DNA of 64,000 nucleotides from Gammaproteobacteria bacterium (GTDB lineage Bacteria; Pseudomonadota; Gammaproteobacteria; UBA6002): NCBI GenBank assembly GCA_013697705.1, contig JACCWJ010000008.1, positions 6,235 to 70,234 of the forward strand, read 5' to 3'. Shown piece by piece: positions 62,842 to 64,000 of this stretch (position 1 is its first letter; each line of letters starts with the position of its first letter). The notes under the pieces were generated by a model. It saw only the letters and a program-made list of their open reading frames with translations, ran no database searches and was not told where the DNA came from. The position numbers and the translations under genes were made by a program.

Positions 62842-63764
62842 TGTATTTTCTCCACCACTCTTAAAATTGCACTTCTGGAACGAGGATTTTCATTAACCTC
62901 TTGTTCTTTAGCCGTTATTCCCCACGCAATACGCTTCACTTCCGGCGCGAACATATCCTGGGTAACCGGCAGATTTCGGGGGTAATCGCCCCCTTGCTGT
63001 TTTTTTCGCATAAATGCCTTAACGATCTGATCTTCTAAAGAATGAAAACTAATCACGGCCAACCTTCCTCCTACCCCTAAAGCAGAAAGTGACTGCTCCA
63101 AACACAATTTGAGTTCATCTAACTCATGATTAATATAAATTCTAATAGCCTGAAAAGATCGGGTGGCAGGGTGTTTATGTTTTTCCCAAGCGGGGTTTGC
63201 TTTGGAAACAATTTCAGACAATCTTTTGGTCCTGGTAAAAGGCTCTTCCTTGCGAGCTTCCACAATGGCTCTTGCAATTCGCCGCGAAAACCTTTCTTCA
63301 CCGTACTCCCACAAAACCTGGGCGATGGCTTCTTCACTAGCACTGTTTAACCAACTAGCTGCGTCGGGAGAATCATTCGGATTCATGCGCATATCCAGCG
63401 GGCCATCTTGAAGAAAGCTAAATCCTCGCTCTGATTCGTCTAATTGCGGCGAGGACACACCTAAATCTAATAGGATGCCATCCACCTTCCCTTGTAGACC
63501 TAATTCATCAATGAATGATTCCAACATTGCAAACGATCCTTGTCTTATTTGAAATGATTCCTCGTGAAAATTTTCTTTTCCGAATTGCACAGCACTGGGA
63601 TCTTTATCGATGGCGAGTAAAATTCCATTTTTATCCAATCGATTAAGTATTTCTTGTGAATGACCCCCTCTACCAAATGTCGCGTCTACGTAAACACCGT
63701 CGGGTTTTATGGCTAAATACTGCATGACTTCCGTTAATAACACTGGCTTATGCAGATTACTCAT
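62838..63764 (-). CDS. rsmH: 16S rRNA (cytosine1402-N4)-methyltransferase RsmH (MraW)
   Basis: N-terminus VDATFGRGGHS and full-length MraW homology. Confidence 0.95.
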   Translation of the reverse strand: MSNLHKPVLLTEVMQYLAIKPDGVYVDATFGRGGHSQEILNRLDKNGILLAIDKDPSAVQFGKENFHEESFQIRQGSFAMLESFIDELGLQGKVDGILLDLGVSSPQLDESERGFSFLQDGPLDMRMNPNDSPDAASWLNSASEEAIAQVLWEYGEERFSRRIARAIVEARKEEPFTRTKRLSEIVSKANPAWEKHKHPATRSFQAIRIYINHELDELKLCLEQSLSALGVGGRLAVISFHSLEDQIVKAFMRKKQQGGDYPRNLPVTQDMFAPEVKRIAWGITAKEQEVNENPRSRSAILRVVEKIQ

Positions 63765-63766
63765 CC

Positions 63767-64000
63767 TTATATCGATAAATTCAGTAATTCAGCGGGAAAG
63801 TCCTTATCATCTTCGAGGTCACTTGCAATCCAATTTTCCCGACTTTTAGTCCACAACGGTTCCGCCCAAATTTCAAATTTTCTTCCTTGCCCCACCAAAA
63901 TGACTTCTTTTTCGAGCTCAGCATAATCTCTTAATAAGGCGGGGACCAAGATGCGCCCATTAGTGTCTAGCTCTACTTCTGTGGCGTGCCCGATTAATAA
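63767..64000 (-). CDS. mraZ: transcriptional regulator MraZ, C-terminal part (gene runs off the window end)
   Basis: The frame is open to the window edge and encodes ...GRILVPALLRDYAELEKEVILVGQGRKFEIW, typical of MraZ. Confidence 0.85.
   Translation of the reverse strand, partial: LLIGHATEVELDTNGRILVPALLRDYAELEKEVILVGQGRKFEIWAEPLWTKSRENWIASDLEDDKDFPAELLNLSI

Overview
This is a chromosomal segment from a low-GC (about 38-40% by eye), Legionella-like gammaproteobacterium (order Legionellales). That assignment is inferred from gene content and synteny only. It has three parts.

(1) 1-15.1 kb is core housekeeping, mostly on the minus strand. It holds the cpoB 5' end, pal-tolB-tolA-tolR-tolQ-ybgC, ruvB-ruvA-ruvC, yebC, aspS, a DUF502 gene and an FmdB-type zinc-ribbon gene. 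proS is on the plus strand, followed by an L,D-transpeptidase, a YihY/BrkB gene and wrbA.

(2) About 15.2-36.0 kb is an AT-rich accessory block that looks like an intracellular-pathogen effector island. It encodes an indoleamine-2,3-dioxygenase-family enzyme co-transcribed with a small secreted Cys-rich (DUF2282/bufferin-like) peptide. It also encodes an ankyrin-repeat protein and an LRR + Ras-like (degenerate) GTPase protein. A 2160-aa giant protein fuses an N-terminal DExH/SF2 helicase to several copies of a ~270-aa repeat of unknown function, with poly-Asn tracts. A four-gene operon encodes a SAM methyltransferase, a 2H-phosphoesterase-like protein, a GNAT-GrpB fusion and a tandem GNAT. There is a minimal STAS-receiver-Hpt partner-switching-like module with a GyrI-like gene. 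Several hypotheticals have no recognisable domains.

(3) At 36.3-38.4 kb a decayed integrative element sits at tRNA-Thr(CGU). It carries a 5'-truncated P4-type integrase and a hicAB toxin-antitoxin pair, and is flanked by a 47-nt tRNA 3'-end direct repeat.

From 38.5 kb the core resumes with pilD-coaE, a Gly-zipper lipoprotein, an EamA transporter, zapD-yacG, mutT(-ThiE-like), secA, a DUF721/DciA gene and lpxC. The dcw cluster follows in full: ftsZ-ftsA-ftsQ-ddl-murB-murC-ftsW-murD-mraY-murF-murE-ftsI-ftsL-rsmH-mraZ. murG is conspicuously absent from its canonical ftsW/murC slot.

The non-coding structures I could support are: a 30-bp perfect inverted repeat at 15.1 kb, a 31-bp perfect inverted repeat at 22.2 kb upstream of the giant gene, a (GAGCTT)n microsatellite at 19.3 kb, and a clear rho-independent terminator at 40.18 kb.

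The ORF tool translates alternative start codons as M, so several ORF 5' ends are over-extended. I refined starts only where an RBS or homology supported it.
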